A DNA stretch of 63,992 nucleotides, the filler included, from Licmophora abbreviata (lineage: Eukaryota), in NCBI GenBank assembly GCA_900291995.1. It is 7 parts of 7 records of this genome, joined end to end, with 100 filler letters (N's around TTAATTAATTAA, not from the genome) between each part and the next. Parts side by side here need not be neighbours in the genome. Positions count along the whole stretch, not along the records: positions 24,710 to 41,719 come from OLMU01003064.1; positions 41,820 to 43,843 come from OLMU01003065.1; positions 43,944 to 56,012 come from OLMU01003066.1; 4 more parts are not named here. One strand, 5' to 3'. Positions 35,724 to 47,900 of the stretch are shown here, piece by piece. The notes below the pieces were generated by a model. The model saw only the letters and a program-made list of their open reading frames with translations, did no database searches and was not told where the DNA came from. The stretch's first letter is position 1; each line of letters opens with the position of its first letter. The position numbers were made by a program, and so were the translations under genes.

Positions 35724-38322
35724 ATGGACTCTGACGACTACGGTGAAGAGTGGGGAGAAGACGTGAGTCAAATATCGCCGTTTAAAAAGAGATGGCTGTG
35801 ATGTGCTCTTGGTTTTTCTTTCTCATTCCATTTCATCTCTACGACACTACTGTTTTAGCCTCTTTGGTTGCAAGAACAGCGTGCTGCCGATGCTGCTGCT
35901 GCTCAGAAGAACAACGACGAGGACTGGACAGCATCCTCCTCTTTCGACGCTGCCACCGACGTTCATGCCACGGGCGCACAACACCTTCTCCTTTTACTCG
36001 ACTGCAGTCGACCCAGCATGTGGACGCCCTCGATCTCAATTCTCAACAACAACCACAATACTACTACTACTAGTAGTAGTGAGGAGGAGGAGGCGGAGGA
36101 TGAATCAGACCGTGCCATGGAAGAATCATCAGTTCTTATCTCTCCCTTGGATGCTGCCTTGACAGTTGCGGAACGCTTCATGAGACACAAGGTATTGCAG
36201 GTTGCCACAATGCATACGGGCAAGCGTGATGGAGTCGGTGTACTCTTGTATGGAACGAGCAAGCAGAAGCGACGAATGATACAAACAGAGCATTCTGCGA
36301 ATCATGATAGTGACGAAGACAGTGAGGAGGAAGACGACAGTGACACTCCCAACACCACCACCACCACGACGACAACAACACACACCTTGCTTCCCTTGGA
36401 TCCTCCTGGGATTCCACACATCAAGTCACTTCGTGCATGTTTGCCATCGTCCAATGTCCGGAGGAACAACGCGCGGCGGCGGGACTTGCAGGAAGAGTTT
36501 GGCCTCGTCCAGCAGCAAGACAACGAAACTGCTGTGATTCATCCGCTGCGCTCAGCCTTGCGGGAGGCCGTGGTCGAGTACTGGAATGCAAAGTGAGTCA
36601 AAGTGATGGATTACATATATATATAGTTCCAAATCGAAGAGAGAACGAAATGTATGATTGCAGTCATTGCCAATCGAGCATGCACTCACTACTACAACAC
36701 GTTGCCCCCCTCTTTCTCTCCCTACAGATGCGTCAACCATCGTCCCACCAAGGATCGACCCGCTGACACCAAGTCCATTTGGTTCGTGACGGACAATGAC
36801 GATCCATGCAAGGGGAACGAACAAGAGGTCAAGCTTCTGGAACGTGCTGCCAAGGATGTCATGGAGAATGGGATTGCGATTCACGTCTTGCCCATTTTGG
36901 GTCAGGGCAGGATGAAGTTTCGCAGGAATGTCTTTTGGGATCGTATCGTATCCACCAACTCTACGATTCATAGCGCAGCACAGCCACCCGCACTCGACGC
37001 GATGAATGCCAATCATAGTGCCGTGGACTTGGATGACCTGGTACAAAATATTCAAGCGCAGTGGGCTCAGGTTCGGAAGCAGTTCAGTCTACCCTTGATG
37101 CTTCCCGACTGGAAAGACCGACCGGACGGTCCGCACATCATGTTGGATTTCTTTCGACCTGTCAGCGTTCGACAGAAACCGGTTCGGAAGTATGAAGTTC
37201 ATCAAGAAACGAAAAAGTGAGAGCGTGTGTATCTTGCGTCTGTTGCCGCTGTTTCTGTGCTCACCCCCTTGGTTGCAATCGTGTGTCGACAGAGAGACTA
37301 TTAAAACCACGCAGACTATTTCTAGAGACATGGGTGATATCATCCCGAAGCGGGAGAAAGGAGCCACGAACCAGCCTGGCGACCTCATTGTTGTGAAGTA
37401 TGCCGAGTTTGGCGGGGAGCGAGTCTATCTGAAACCAGCCGAAGTGCTCCAGATCAAGAATGAGTCCAACGCGACGGACAAGGTCTCGTTGATTCTGCTT
37501 GGGTTCCGGGACGCCAACTCGATTCCACTGCACTTTGTACTGGATCGATCGTTTTTCTTATTTCCCAACGATGAGCTGGTCAAGGGTTCGACTGCCGCTT
37601 TTGCAAATCTTCACGCCGCCATGTTACGAAAGAAGGTGCTCGCGATTGCGGAATTCCGTCCGCGTATCACGTCCACTTCTCGGCTCGTTGCGCTCTACCC
37701 ACAGCAAGAAGAATCTAAAGTGCAAGAGGACGGTAGCACTTCGCAGTCGAGCCCTCCTGGCTTGATTCTTATTGAGCTTCCTTTTGAGACAGAAATCCGT
37801 GACTTTTCGGCGGACGATGGGGCTATCGATGCACCGTCGGAGGAATCCGTCACGGCTGCAATCGATCTGATGCGAAAGCTGCGACTCAAAGACTATGCCC
37901 CCGGAGAACGATTCGAGAACCATGCGCTTACTCAGTTCTGGAACTACATCGAGGCTGTGGCTCTGGACACGAGAGTGATGCCCTTCGAAGAATATGAACC
38001 TCTGATGGATGACGAGCAGATACTCGAAGTGGCGGGCCCAAGGATTGCAGCCTTCGCGCGATCGTTGCCCGACGACCTGGTTCCGGAACAGACTCGAAAG
38101 CGCAAGACATTGAAAGTAGAAGATGACACTGGCTTTGAATGGGAGGAGCTTTACCGCACTGGTGCTATAGGAGACTGTACGATTGCAGAACTGAAACAGT
38201 TTCTCAGATCACGAGGCCAGCGAGTTTCCGGAAAGAAGGAAGAACTCTTGCTTCGAATCGAACAATGCATCAGGAACCGCATTAGGGAGAAACAGACTGA
38301 GGATGATCTGTCAGAGTCTTGA
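35724..38322 (+). CDS. KU70: Ku70 DNA end-binding protein (vWA, Ku core, C-terminal SAP); exons 35724-35762, 35859-36592, 36728-37216, 37293-38322
   Basis: LLLLDCSRPSM, DGVGVLLYGT, IWFVTDNDDP, LILLGFR, FLFPNDELVKGSTAAF, RLVALYPQ, PPGLILIELPF, FENHAL. The SAP domain CTIAELKQFLRSRGQRVSGKKEELLLRI distinguishes it from Ku80. Confidence 0.92.
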
Positions 38323-38435
38323 CACGTGGCGCATTCCTCCAAACTGTATTTTTAGACTTAGTAGGAACTAGCTGGGCTGCTGTGTGCATCGACTTTCCAG
38401 CGACTACCAGCATGTCAATATGTGTAGAAAAAGGA

Positions 38436-41400
38436 TTACATCCGCTGGGGCATTGGCGGGGGCGGATGAGAAGGGGGAGGCGGAGGTGGCTCGTCATCAT
38501 CCTCGTCTGTCAAGAGCTGCTCGTCTTCCTCAAAAGACGATCTCGTGGGCGCATATGAAGTCTTGTCCGTTGCGGCAGACCACACCCTGGCTTCAGCACG
38601 GTGGTATTCACTGGGTTCTGGTTTGGAAGGAAGATCGACCGGCGGTGTCGGCGACGCAGATTCTCCCCTTGACCCCAAAAGAGATTCTTCACCGTCTTCA
38701 ATGTAGAGCGAGGAACCATCAATGGAAACTAGATCGGCTAGGTCGAACGAAAACGAACTGGCAACGTCGCTCGCTGCCGTCGGGGAGGCCCTTGTCAATA
38801 CCCTCGCCTCGGAGTTAACGTTCCCCGGAGCACAATCACTATTGTCAGAGAGAATCGATGCACTGGGCGACACTGAAGGAAACCCTGCAGCGCTCGAACG
38901 AGAGCTATGAGAAACCACAGACGAGCCTCCTCTTGCAGTGGCCTTACCGAGACCGAGATGAGTAGGATATAATGCAGGACCAGCGGATCCATGTTCATCA
39001 AATGGAACAGAAAAGACTGTATCATTGGCTCTTGGTCCTTCACTAGCCGATGCTTTGGATGAAACTGGCCTGTTTACCAGTGAACCACCCGGGATGAAAG
39101 CAGTTCTGCGTGACTTCGGGGTTTCGTTAGATAGAGGAGAAGCCGTCACAGCAGTCACAGGGGTCTCATCGGAATCAGATAGTGAGATATCGTCCACCAA
39201 ACGACGAGAGATCGAGTCTAGATCGCCAACATCAATTCTTTTCGATGTACGTGTCTCACCGTTTTCGACTGAGGAGACAGAAATGGAAGTAGATCTTCCC
39301 ATAGCGGATACATCAATCTCGACTCCTTCCTCTTGTTCAGGGACATCCACGCCCCCAAAAGCAGAAGATTCTTCAGTCGATGCTAACGTCGACGGAGTCC
39401 TGGGCGGAGATGACGACTTTTTGCCTGGTTCGCGCCTGACACACCCAGTTGCACCATTGAATTTAGACGAGTCCGTCATAGTAGCTTCCTCGGCCAGCGC
39501 CGAAGAGGATTCTCCACCAAAAACGAGCGACTTCTGTGATACCTGTTGAACCTCCTTCTCGCGAACGCCATCCTCTCCAAAACCTGCCTCGCCGCCCTTC
39601 GCACGCTGACACCTACGGGTGACGAAGCATAGCATCAACCCAGCCAGGATAACTCCAGCGACGACTGGAATGACAATAATGACGACACTGACGTCTTGGT
39701 CGCCATTTGAGATATCGCCTTTAGATCCTGCTGAATCAGGAGGGCGGCCACTTGTGTTCTCAGAGGTCGGCAGCACAGCTGGCATCGTGGAGGGAGCTTG
39801 CGTCGTAGACAAAATTGGCATCGTGGACGGAGTCGAAGAGCTGGAAGTAACTGGCGAGCTCGAAGGAGCTACTGGGGGGAGGGGAGTTGGAGCAGGGGTT
39901 GCAAACGTGCCAACTTGTAGGGCAACAACTCGCCCATAAATATCTCCGTAGTAGAGGTGTTCCCCACTCGCCGAAATGCTACTCCAACAACAATGGAAAA
40001 AAATCACATGAGATCGATCAGGCTGTCAACCATGGAGACAAAGAGATCATCAATCGCCTTACCTGAAGTCGGACTCCACGCTGTCCTGGCAAAAGCTATC
40101 ACCCGTGATGGTGCCGCAGCTGAACTCCCAGATGCGTTCTCCATTTCCGAAAGCGTCGTGTTGACGAACATTACCAGAGAGGGTCTGCGAAAGTGAAGCA
40201 GGGTCATGTTAGCACTCATTCCCCGTCTCTAATAACGTTTTATAACCCTGTTCCTGCGTACCTCAATCGCGTACAGGACACCCCGTTCGCCTTCCGGTTC
40301 ACTAAGCTTAGGTGCCGCCAGAAAGACGCTGCGTCCGTCGTTGTCTTCCCATTGAAGCGCCCCAGTTTCCGTGTTGACCGAAAAGAGATCGTACGACGTC
40401 CCCGCAAGGAAAAGAAATCTGTCATCTGCGGACAGCGCTCCGACACTAAGAAATGCTAGAATTTGGGATAGAGCGGTTCAGTTGTAGCTTACACGCAGGG
40501 AGCCGAAAATCAATTGCGCATCATGCCACATCGAAATGAGCAACTTACGCTGGGTTTCATTCCTTTCGCTCGGCTGGAGTTGAACGTTCCACGAGGGAGC
40601 CAAGGGTGATCCATCCTCGGCAAGGACTTGCTCGACTGAAGACTCGCCAACCCAACCACCCAGCACGGAGCCAGCGGCGCCAACCCAAAGGCTCCTTGCG
40701 TCGCTACTTACAATGGGTTGTATGACGGAAGGTCTCCCCCACTCGCTAAACGTGTTAATCACGTAGTTGCCATTCTCATTGGTCTCCATCCAAAACACAT
40801 GACCTTCATCAAGGTATCCGTCGGCCCAGCTCTCAGACCAAAACAGAACATCCTGCACCGCTCCTGCTACTGTCCGAGCCTGAATTGCCAATGGACCGAA
40901 CGGACCCCTTCGATCAGGCGGAGAAGACAGCTGAGCCTCTACGTCAAAGCCATCTCCGTCGATCCCAATGATAGTAAGCAGTCCTCTGTACGGTACAAAG
41001 CCTGAAGTGTCCGAGTCGTTGGGTACATTGTGCGACACATAGATCTTGTCGCCATTGGATCCAACAACTGGAGTACCGACGATGTGGCCCTGCAATGAAA
41101 GCGACCAACGAAGCGTGCCATCAAAATCAAGAGCAACCAGGCGGCTTGGTCGAGCGCAACAATGTTCGAACGTTCCATGAGTAAAAACACCTTGATTGCG
41201 AAGGTATTGACGCAACCACTTCATTGATTGTCCTACACAACTGCGTCACTCACCTTCGGACTTGGGCTTCCCCCGAAATGGGAATCTCAACAACGGCATA
41301 CACTATACAACCCACAGCCTCCAAAATGGCCACACCGCTACGACACTCCGTGTATGAGGTCCCATCAGCTGTTTCCGTAGGCTCGTAGCTAAAGATAAGT

Positions 41401-41636
41401 TCGCCGTCCGACGCTCGCAACCCATGAAGACTTCCATCGTCAGCCGTGCAGTAGACGGAGGAGCCGTCTTGTGACACTGTGACAGCGTTGTCTTTGCGGA
41501 AGCCCCGACCGCCAATATCACCGCCCCCCGGCAAGGTAATTGTCCACGATACGACTGGTTCATCAAAAAATTCGGCGCGACAAGAAGATAGATGTGACAG
41601 GATAGTAGCAAGAAGCAAAATGGATAGACCTGTCAT
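38436..41636 (-). CDS. Type-I membrane protein with PQQ/BamB-like beta-propeller ectodomain, Ser/Thr/Pro stalk, one TM helix and long Ser-rich cytoplasmic tail; exons 41636-41254, 41144-40549, 40455-40262, 40184-40063, 39978-38436
   Basis: Signal peptide. Trp-docking-like repeats (LVALDFDGTLRW, VNTETGALQW). PAPTPLPPVAPS stalk. TM VVIIVIPVVAGVILAGLMLCFV followed by RR. Four introns restore one frame. Confidence 0.8.
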
Positions 41637-41719
41637 TTTTGTACGAAGAGCTCCTTAGATGATTGCCACTAGCGTCAACGAGATTATCTTCTCTTGAGCG
41701 ACTTCTCTTTCACATGCAA

Positions 41720-41819
41720 NNNNNNNNNNNNNNNNNNNNNNNNNNNNNNNNNNNNNNNNNNNNTTAATTAATTAANNNNNNNNNNNNNNNNNNNNNNNNN
41801 NNNNNNNNNNNNNNNNNNN
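41720..41819. other. Artificial contig spacer
   Basis: 44 N + TTAATTAATTAA + 44 N. Confidence 0.97.
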
Positions 41820-42169
41820 CGCCTTTGTGTGTAGAGTGAGAGGCCTCATATGAGTACTTCCGCGTCGGCTCCATTGACGGTGCAAGCTGTTGTCGAAAAC
41901 ACCGTCCCGCGGCGGCGGGTCGTGTAGAGCGACAATTTTGTGACGATGATTTCAGCTCGTTGCAAGACTGGTCGCCCGCCCGTCTCGCAGAGTTCGTGGA
42001 CATATTCATATATAAAGTATAAGCTAGTCTTGTCGCATCATACAAAGTCATACATAATCATAGTGTTTAGCTGGGACGCGCGCAACGCGCGGTTTGAAGG
42101 TCTTGAATCTTTTCTTTTGATCACATCGACACGACGACGACACATGACATTCATCAGCCGGATTTGACC

Positions 42170-43393
42170 ATGACGATGACGAAGAGCTACCGGCGCAGAA
42201 TCGGGATATCCCTTTCGCTTCATGTCATTTGCACTATTCTACATAAAAGTAGTGCACTGCTGCAGCATGGTGTTTCGAAAAGGCTACCTCGTGTGCTTTC
42301 AAAAAAGAAGAAGCGGCCGTCTCATTCGAGTACCAGGATGCTGATGTCTGGAGCTACCAATACGTACGGTCGCGGCGCGGAGATTTGGCCCGAATGCAAC
42401 GAAGGGGTCATTCTTCTCAAGGATTCCTTTCCCGATGGAATTATTCCCGATGTAGCTGCAGAGAGAATGCGACTGGCCCGTGGAGAAGAGCCACCGGCTC
42501 TAGCCGTTGCAGAGGGCGACGACACATCACTGACGAGCAAACGTCGGCGGATCTTACCACGAGCCATTCGACGCATCTTGAGACGAGCTGCAATGGGAGC
42601 ACAACAAGAGGAATCCCAGCTTGAAACAGAGTCAGCGGTGACGGTCGATGCAGTGCCTGGGGTCATTGCGTTTCTTCTTCTAGCGAGAGGTCTTGTGCGT
42701 CCAATCGATCTCTTGTTGGTGACCTTTCTGACCGGCTACTCTCTGATCCTTGGGCAGTGGGGGAAAAGCATGAGAGCCGACAATCTCACTCCTGCTGTAC
42801 CCTCACTCCCACCACAAGGACACGTCCCGGCTCTCGTTTCTAATCCACTTGGACACAGATTTACCAATTCGAACGCGTACGAACTCTGGCTTAAAGCCGG
42901 AGCCATCATTAGCTTGTTTGGTCCGCTTGCGCTAGTTGGAAGGTACCTTCTACGCGGGGATGCGCAGGTCGAAGCTGCCAGATCATGCGCTCGTCCTTTA
43001 TTCCTACTTTGTTGCCAAGCCATGAGTGAGGGTGTTTCTCGAGTTTTCATGGTGAGTCAGTTGCTGCTGCTGGTGTTGCAATTCGGCGTATGGTTCCTAA
43101 CACTTTTCGTCACTAAACAATAGGCCCCGCTCCCGATCCGAATACTAATTCCTGTCGCCTATAATGTGATTCGATTGGGTCCACTGTGGCAGTGGGCCCT
43201 CTCTGGGGCGCCCCTGGGGTCAGTCGGTCGTGGCTTGGCTGTTCTGAACCTCGGATACTGGGCGTTGAATCTCTTTGCATTTCTGCTACCAATTGCGACG
43301 ATGCGGTACCTCCGGGCACATTTCTACTGTGTCGACGCTTCAGAGATAATCGTCAGACCGGGGATGGAGTCGTCTATAGGGCTTGTGGATTGA
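42170..43393 (+). CDS. Uncharacterised, probably plastid-targeted multi-pass membrane protein; exons 42170-43051, 43124-43393
   Basis: Signal peptide ending SSA|L, then a basic/Ser transit-like segment. Several TM helices. Intron GTGAGT...TAG joins to APLPIRILIPVAYNVIRL. Confidence 0.8.
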
Positions 43394-43544
43394 CGGATAC
43401 AAGCGAGCAGTACCTAGTTATTTAATAATGGAGATAGACCAGAGCTTTCTTCGGTCGCGCTCTTGAACTCGATGCGGCAAGTGTACTTCAAATTTCCCAC
43501 AATCAAAAGGCAATCTCAGGAGCGAAGTTTGACACTCTGCCTTA

Positions 43545-43843
43545 TCAAGCACATGCATCATCTTCAGCATCGTCCCATTCGTCAAGCTCGTCTCCGACGT
43601 GAACGGCAGCCAGATCCTTGCGAATCTCTTCGACAGTAGGTTCAGCCTTCGGCACCGATGCTTCTTGACTGGCCACGTCTTCGCTTGAGGATTTTCCATA
43701 GGTATCCTCAAATGCCTTCAACGCAATCTTCTCCATATCGAAGCTAACGTAAGGAATGTTGAGCCAACGTTTGCGTGTCGCGGTCTTCACTTTCACCGTG
43801 CTTTTGATAGGGAGAAAGTCGCCGTTCAGGTGGCCATTGAACC
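43545..43843 (-). CDS. 3' fragment of a hypothetical protein (5' end lost in gap)
   Basis: Open frame from the gap edge (FNGHLNGDFLPIK...WLNIPYVSFDMEKIALKAF...) to an acidic tail and TGA. May continue the ORF on the other side of the spacer. Confidence 0.5.
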
Positions 43844-43943
43844 NNNNNNNNNNNNNNNNNNNNNNNNNNNNNNNNNNNNNNNNNNNNTTAATTAATTAAN
43901 NNNNNNNNNNNNNNNNNNNNNNNNNNNNNNNNNNNNNNNNNNN
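43844..43943. other. Artificial contig spacer
   Basis: 44 N + TTAATTAATTAA + 44 N. Confidence 0.97.
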
Positions 43944-44495
43944 AATACATGCGGCATGCACCGTCGCATGACTAGCAACGATTCCTTCATATGCGATTCC
44001 ACTGAGGCATCCCGAGTCGGACAAGAGTTGGCGGTGGTACGCCTCTCGGCTCGAGTACTTTTCGAACGAAAACCTGCGCAGGGGGTCTAGCTTCGACGAT
44101 TGGAACTTTCGAAACTCGGGCCTGATTTCAAGGTTCGGATAGTTGTTTGAACGAGTGTGGCGGTATCGCGCTTTATAATACCACGGAGCATACGGGCCTA
44201 CGCTGGAACCCAAGTTGTCAATAACTTGAATGAGCATAGCTTCGTTTAGCTCGGATGCGAATTCTACTTTAAAGACGAATTCGATCGCCCCCAGCACATC
44301 CAAGGGTAGATCTTCGAACTTGTCAAGGTCAAGCTGGTCTTCCTCCGACTTCGCGGAAGTGGGACGGCGAAGGACTTTGTCTAGACACTTATCTCCAAAC
44401 TGTTTGTGCTCTCGCTTCCGATTGTCGAGACCCCACTTACGAAAGGAATTGATCATCGCCTCTCTCACAACGGCATGGTCGTGGAGCGACGCCAT
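43944..44495 (-). CDS. 5' part of a hypothetical protein running into the gap
   Basis: 184 stop-free codons from ATG 44495 with globular composition. No recognised motif. True start uncertain. Confidence 0.5.
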
Positions 44496-44925
44496 GATAC
44501 GTGCCGTTCCAGTATCGAGGGCTCTTCGTTAGTGGGCACGTGATGGTGAACTCCCATCGTCGTGTCGGCCGCGGGTATCGGGGCACTTGAAAATTTCGAA
44601 CTGGTACAAATTGCGCGTAGCTCCTTGCAAAGAGATTTGGCGAGCGGAGAGCTCGTACTCCCATCCGGGTTTCTTCGAGATAGAGTTGACAATCTATTGA
44701 AAGTCATCGCCGGCCCCATCATTGTACACAATGGCATAGCCTCGCGGGTAGTTTTCACCTGGCGGCTATGTCTGTTCACCGTCTCCTACCCTTTGAATCT
44801 ACTCGTATTGTCGGCATTGTGCTAATTTGAGTGCTGAATATTTGATCGAATGTCGCTGATCTGAAAAGAGTCGGTTTGGATACTTGACTCGTGGAAAGTG
44901 AAGCCTGAGTCGAATACAACAGAAC

Positions 44926-47900
44926 ATGGAACAGGAACAGGATGTCCGAGACCCCGAGGGCTCCGAAACGGCAAGACTTGCTGAAGATCTTGCGCTTCGT
45001 CTGCATTTAGGCTCGAATTTATTGATGGACGGACTCTTTGAATACCTGTCTTCCTTGAAAGAGAGCGTCGACAGTGAACACCGAAATGGAGAAGCTGCTC
45101 CTCGTCGGGGCCTTACCCTTCCAGCATCGGCCATGGGATGGCTATCTTCTCAGCTGTATCCGCGAGAAGAGAATGACCCAAGTGTTCTTTGGATGGGGGC
45201 ATCTATACGAGATCGACTGGCGTTGCTCAAATTCCTTTTGCCCCGTGCTACTCATTTGCGAGTCACATCAGACGAGTGGCCTCCGCCAATCCGCGATCCT
45301 TCTCCGAAACTAGAATCACCGGCGTCGTCGCCTGCTGACTTGGTGGGACAGCATGTTTCAATGAGTAGCTCCCTGACGGTGCAATCGGCAGTCACCATGG
45401 AGACGCAGGTGCCGGTCGGAAGACCCAATCTCCGATCCTTCCTTGTCTATTACTACCAATTGCAGAATCGACCGCCTGTCGACATGCGAGTCCTTCCACA
45501 CTTGCAGGTGTTGGTGCTGGATCGAATACCACCAGATTGGGTTCAGAATATCAATGACATAATGCCGTCGCTGCAACTGTTGCGAACAGATCGCGGGTGC
45601 GTCTTCAATCTGTCCGGGTATCTGTTTCCGCACCAGTTGAACGATGCGACCGAGTTTACGAAACTGACCCATCTGAAGTTGACGAACTGCGCGATCGGCG
45701 AAAGGTCGGGGCTTCGAGGAAAAAGGAATCGCTCGATATACGTGGAAGAAACGGATGCAGAAGCCACGTCGCCGCAACGATCGGTGGACGCGGGGGACTA
45801 CTCTGTGTTACCCCCGTTGTCGCGTCTGCCGAATCTGGTCTCTCTAAGCTTGGCACACAATGAAATAAAGAATGCGAGAACGGCGTTGTCTGGACTTTCT
45901 TCGCTGACCAAGCTTAAAGTGCTGGATCTATCGTTCAATCGACTCACCAGGTTTTGCAATGCACACGCACTATTGGGGAACGTGCAGGTTCTGATTCTGA
46001 CAGGCAATCAGATTCGATCGGCACGGGGGCTTGGCCGATTATACCCACTGGAAGAATTAGCCTTAGATGACAACAATATTCAGGAAATATCGGGTGTGGC
46101 TGGGCTTGCGAGCCTACCGCAGCTTACATCGCTACGTCTTAGTGGCAATCCCGTTGCGGACAATAGAAGGCACTATCGAGTCGAGATTCTGAACTTGTTT
46201 CGTGAGAGTCGATTCAAACTTCTTCCACCGAATGCCACTTACCGACAGTTGCTTGACATTCTTCCTATTCTGGATGGAGAAGCTACAACAAACCGAGAGT
46301 TGGTCGGAATGCGAGGTTACGCTTTTGGCGCATCTGTTGACGTGATGGGAGAAGAGGCTACTGCTGCAACACCTACGATGTCAAATGGAACAACGTCTGC
46401 ATCCGAAGGGACGTTCGAGAAACAGCGCTCTCAACGAGTGTGCAAAAAGAAGAAAACGCGCCGCGCTACTGTAGATGAGGTTTCCACTGACCGTTTTGAG
46501 CTACAGCGGAACTGTGATGCTTCTTCAGTCAACATCGGTACTCCGAACTATCACTTTTCTACAGGCGATGTGATAGCCGCGCTGTACTCTGACGAACCAA
46601 TCGAAGAAAACAAGCAAGACGACGAAATCAGTGGGGCTTTGCCCGCCGAGATTGTTCATGCATTCGATGAAGTCCAACTGGAGAAGCCAGCCGTCGAGGA
46701 ATTGATTCCTGATGTGTCCGTTTCACAAGAAGTAAACGTCGAAGAGTTACTCACTGACGATTCGGGGACGGATCTGGTCCCACTCCCGACACCGCCACAG
46801 CCCCCACAAGGGCTTAGTTTCATATCTCTGTCCACCGTAAAGGCTGATCGGGAGGGGGTGGGCATGATAGAAACATTGCATCAGATGGGCGACGACTCAT
46901 CGGAGTCGATCCCGCTTCCAAATCCTCAGTCACCTAGTCGATCACATTTGAACGCTTGGGACGAGAAGAAAACCGAAATCGAGGCTGTTGGCGTTTCAGC
47001 GAATGGGATCGAAAGTGCTGAAGACGAACGGATAAGGCGCTCCTCCGAGTCTGAGATCGGCGAGCAGGGGGCGGCCGTAAAGACAAAGGACACGATTGAA
47101 GATCTTCCCAAACCGGAAGTAGAAGTCCCACAGAGCATATGGGACGATGATAAATCAGCGCTGAGCAGCCTCGGCACCAATAGAGACGACTTTCCAGCCG
47201 AAAACAAGTACCAGATTGTGGAGGAGAGTTCGATCTATGATGGGCCCAACAACTACCGAAATCTCCCCATCCTATTGAATTTGGAGCTTTACTTTCGCTG
47301 TTTCGTCTTTCCGAGCTCGGTGTCGGAAAAGTACCGTTTGTTCGAGGGTAAGATGACTCCGGACATGAAGGCGAGCATGATGCTAGAGCTTGCTCCTCGG
47401 ATTCAACTTCGAAAGGCCGATCGAACGGCGATGGAATCGTCCGTGCAGGACGCCACGCACCCGCTGGAGCTCATGTCGTCGTGCGAACGATTCAATCGAG
47501 TATGGAAAGAGGATATTTTAGCCTGTGGAAAATCTGCTGCCAAACGCTTGACTCCTCAGCGCATTCAGAAGCGCGGATTTCATGGGGACGTTGTCTTTTC
47601 TACGGGAAGACTGGAAAAGTCTTGCAATGGTCGAAAAGTCATTTTGTGCACATCAAGACTGGGGCTGGGGGGCGTTGCCTTTTATTTAATATCGGATTAC
47701 GATGCGGTCACGCATCAAGCGTTGTTGAAGAGCCACAAGAAGCGCCGCTTTCCATCTCCGATTCCGGAAGAAGCTCACTTTGAGAGTGCAGCTTGGCCAC
47801 ATGCAGTCGCTCGCCACCTCATTGTGACGCTAAACCGCATCACAATAGGGTTCGGATTTCAGCGACTGACGTTGCACTTTGCCAACGACAACCCAAATGC

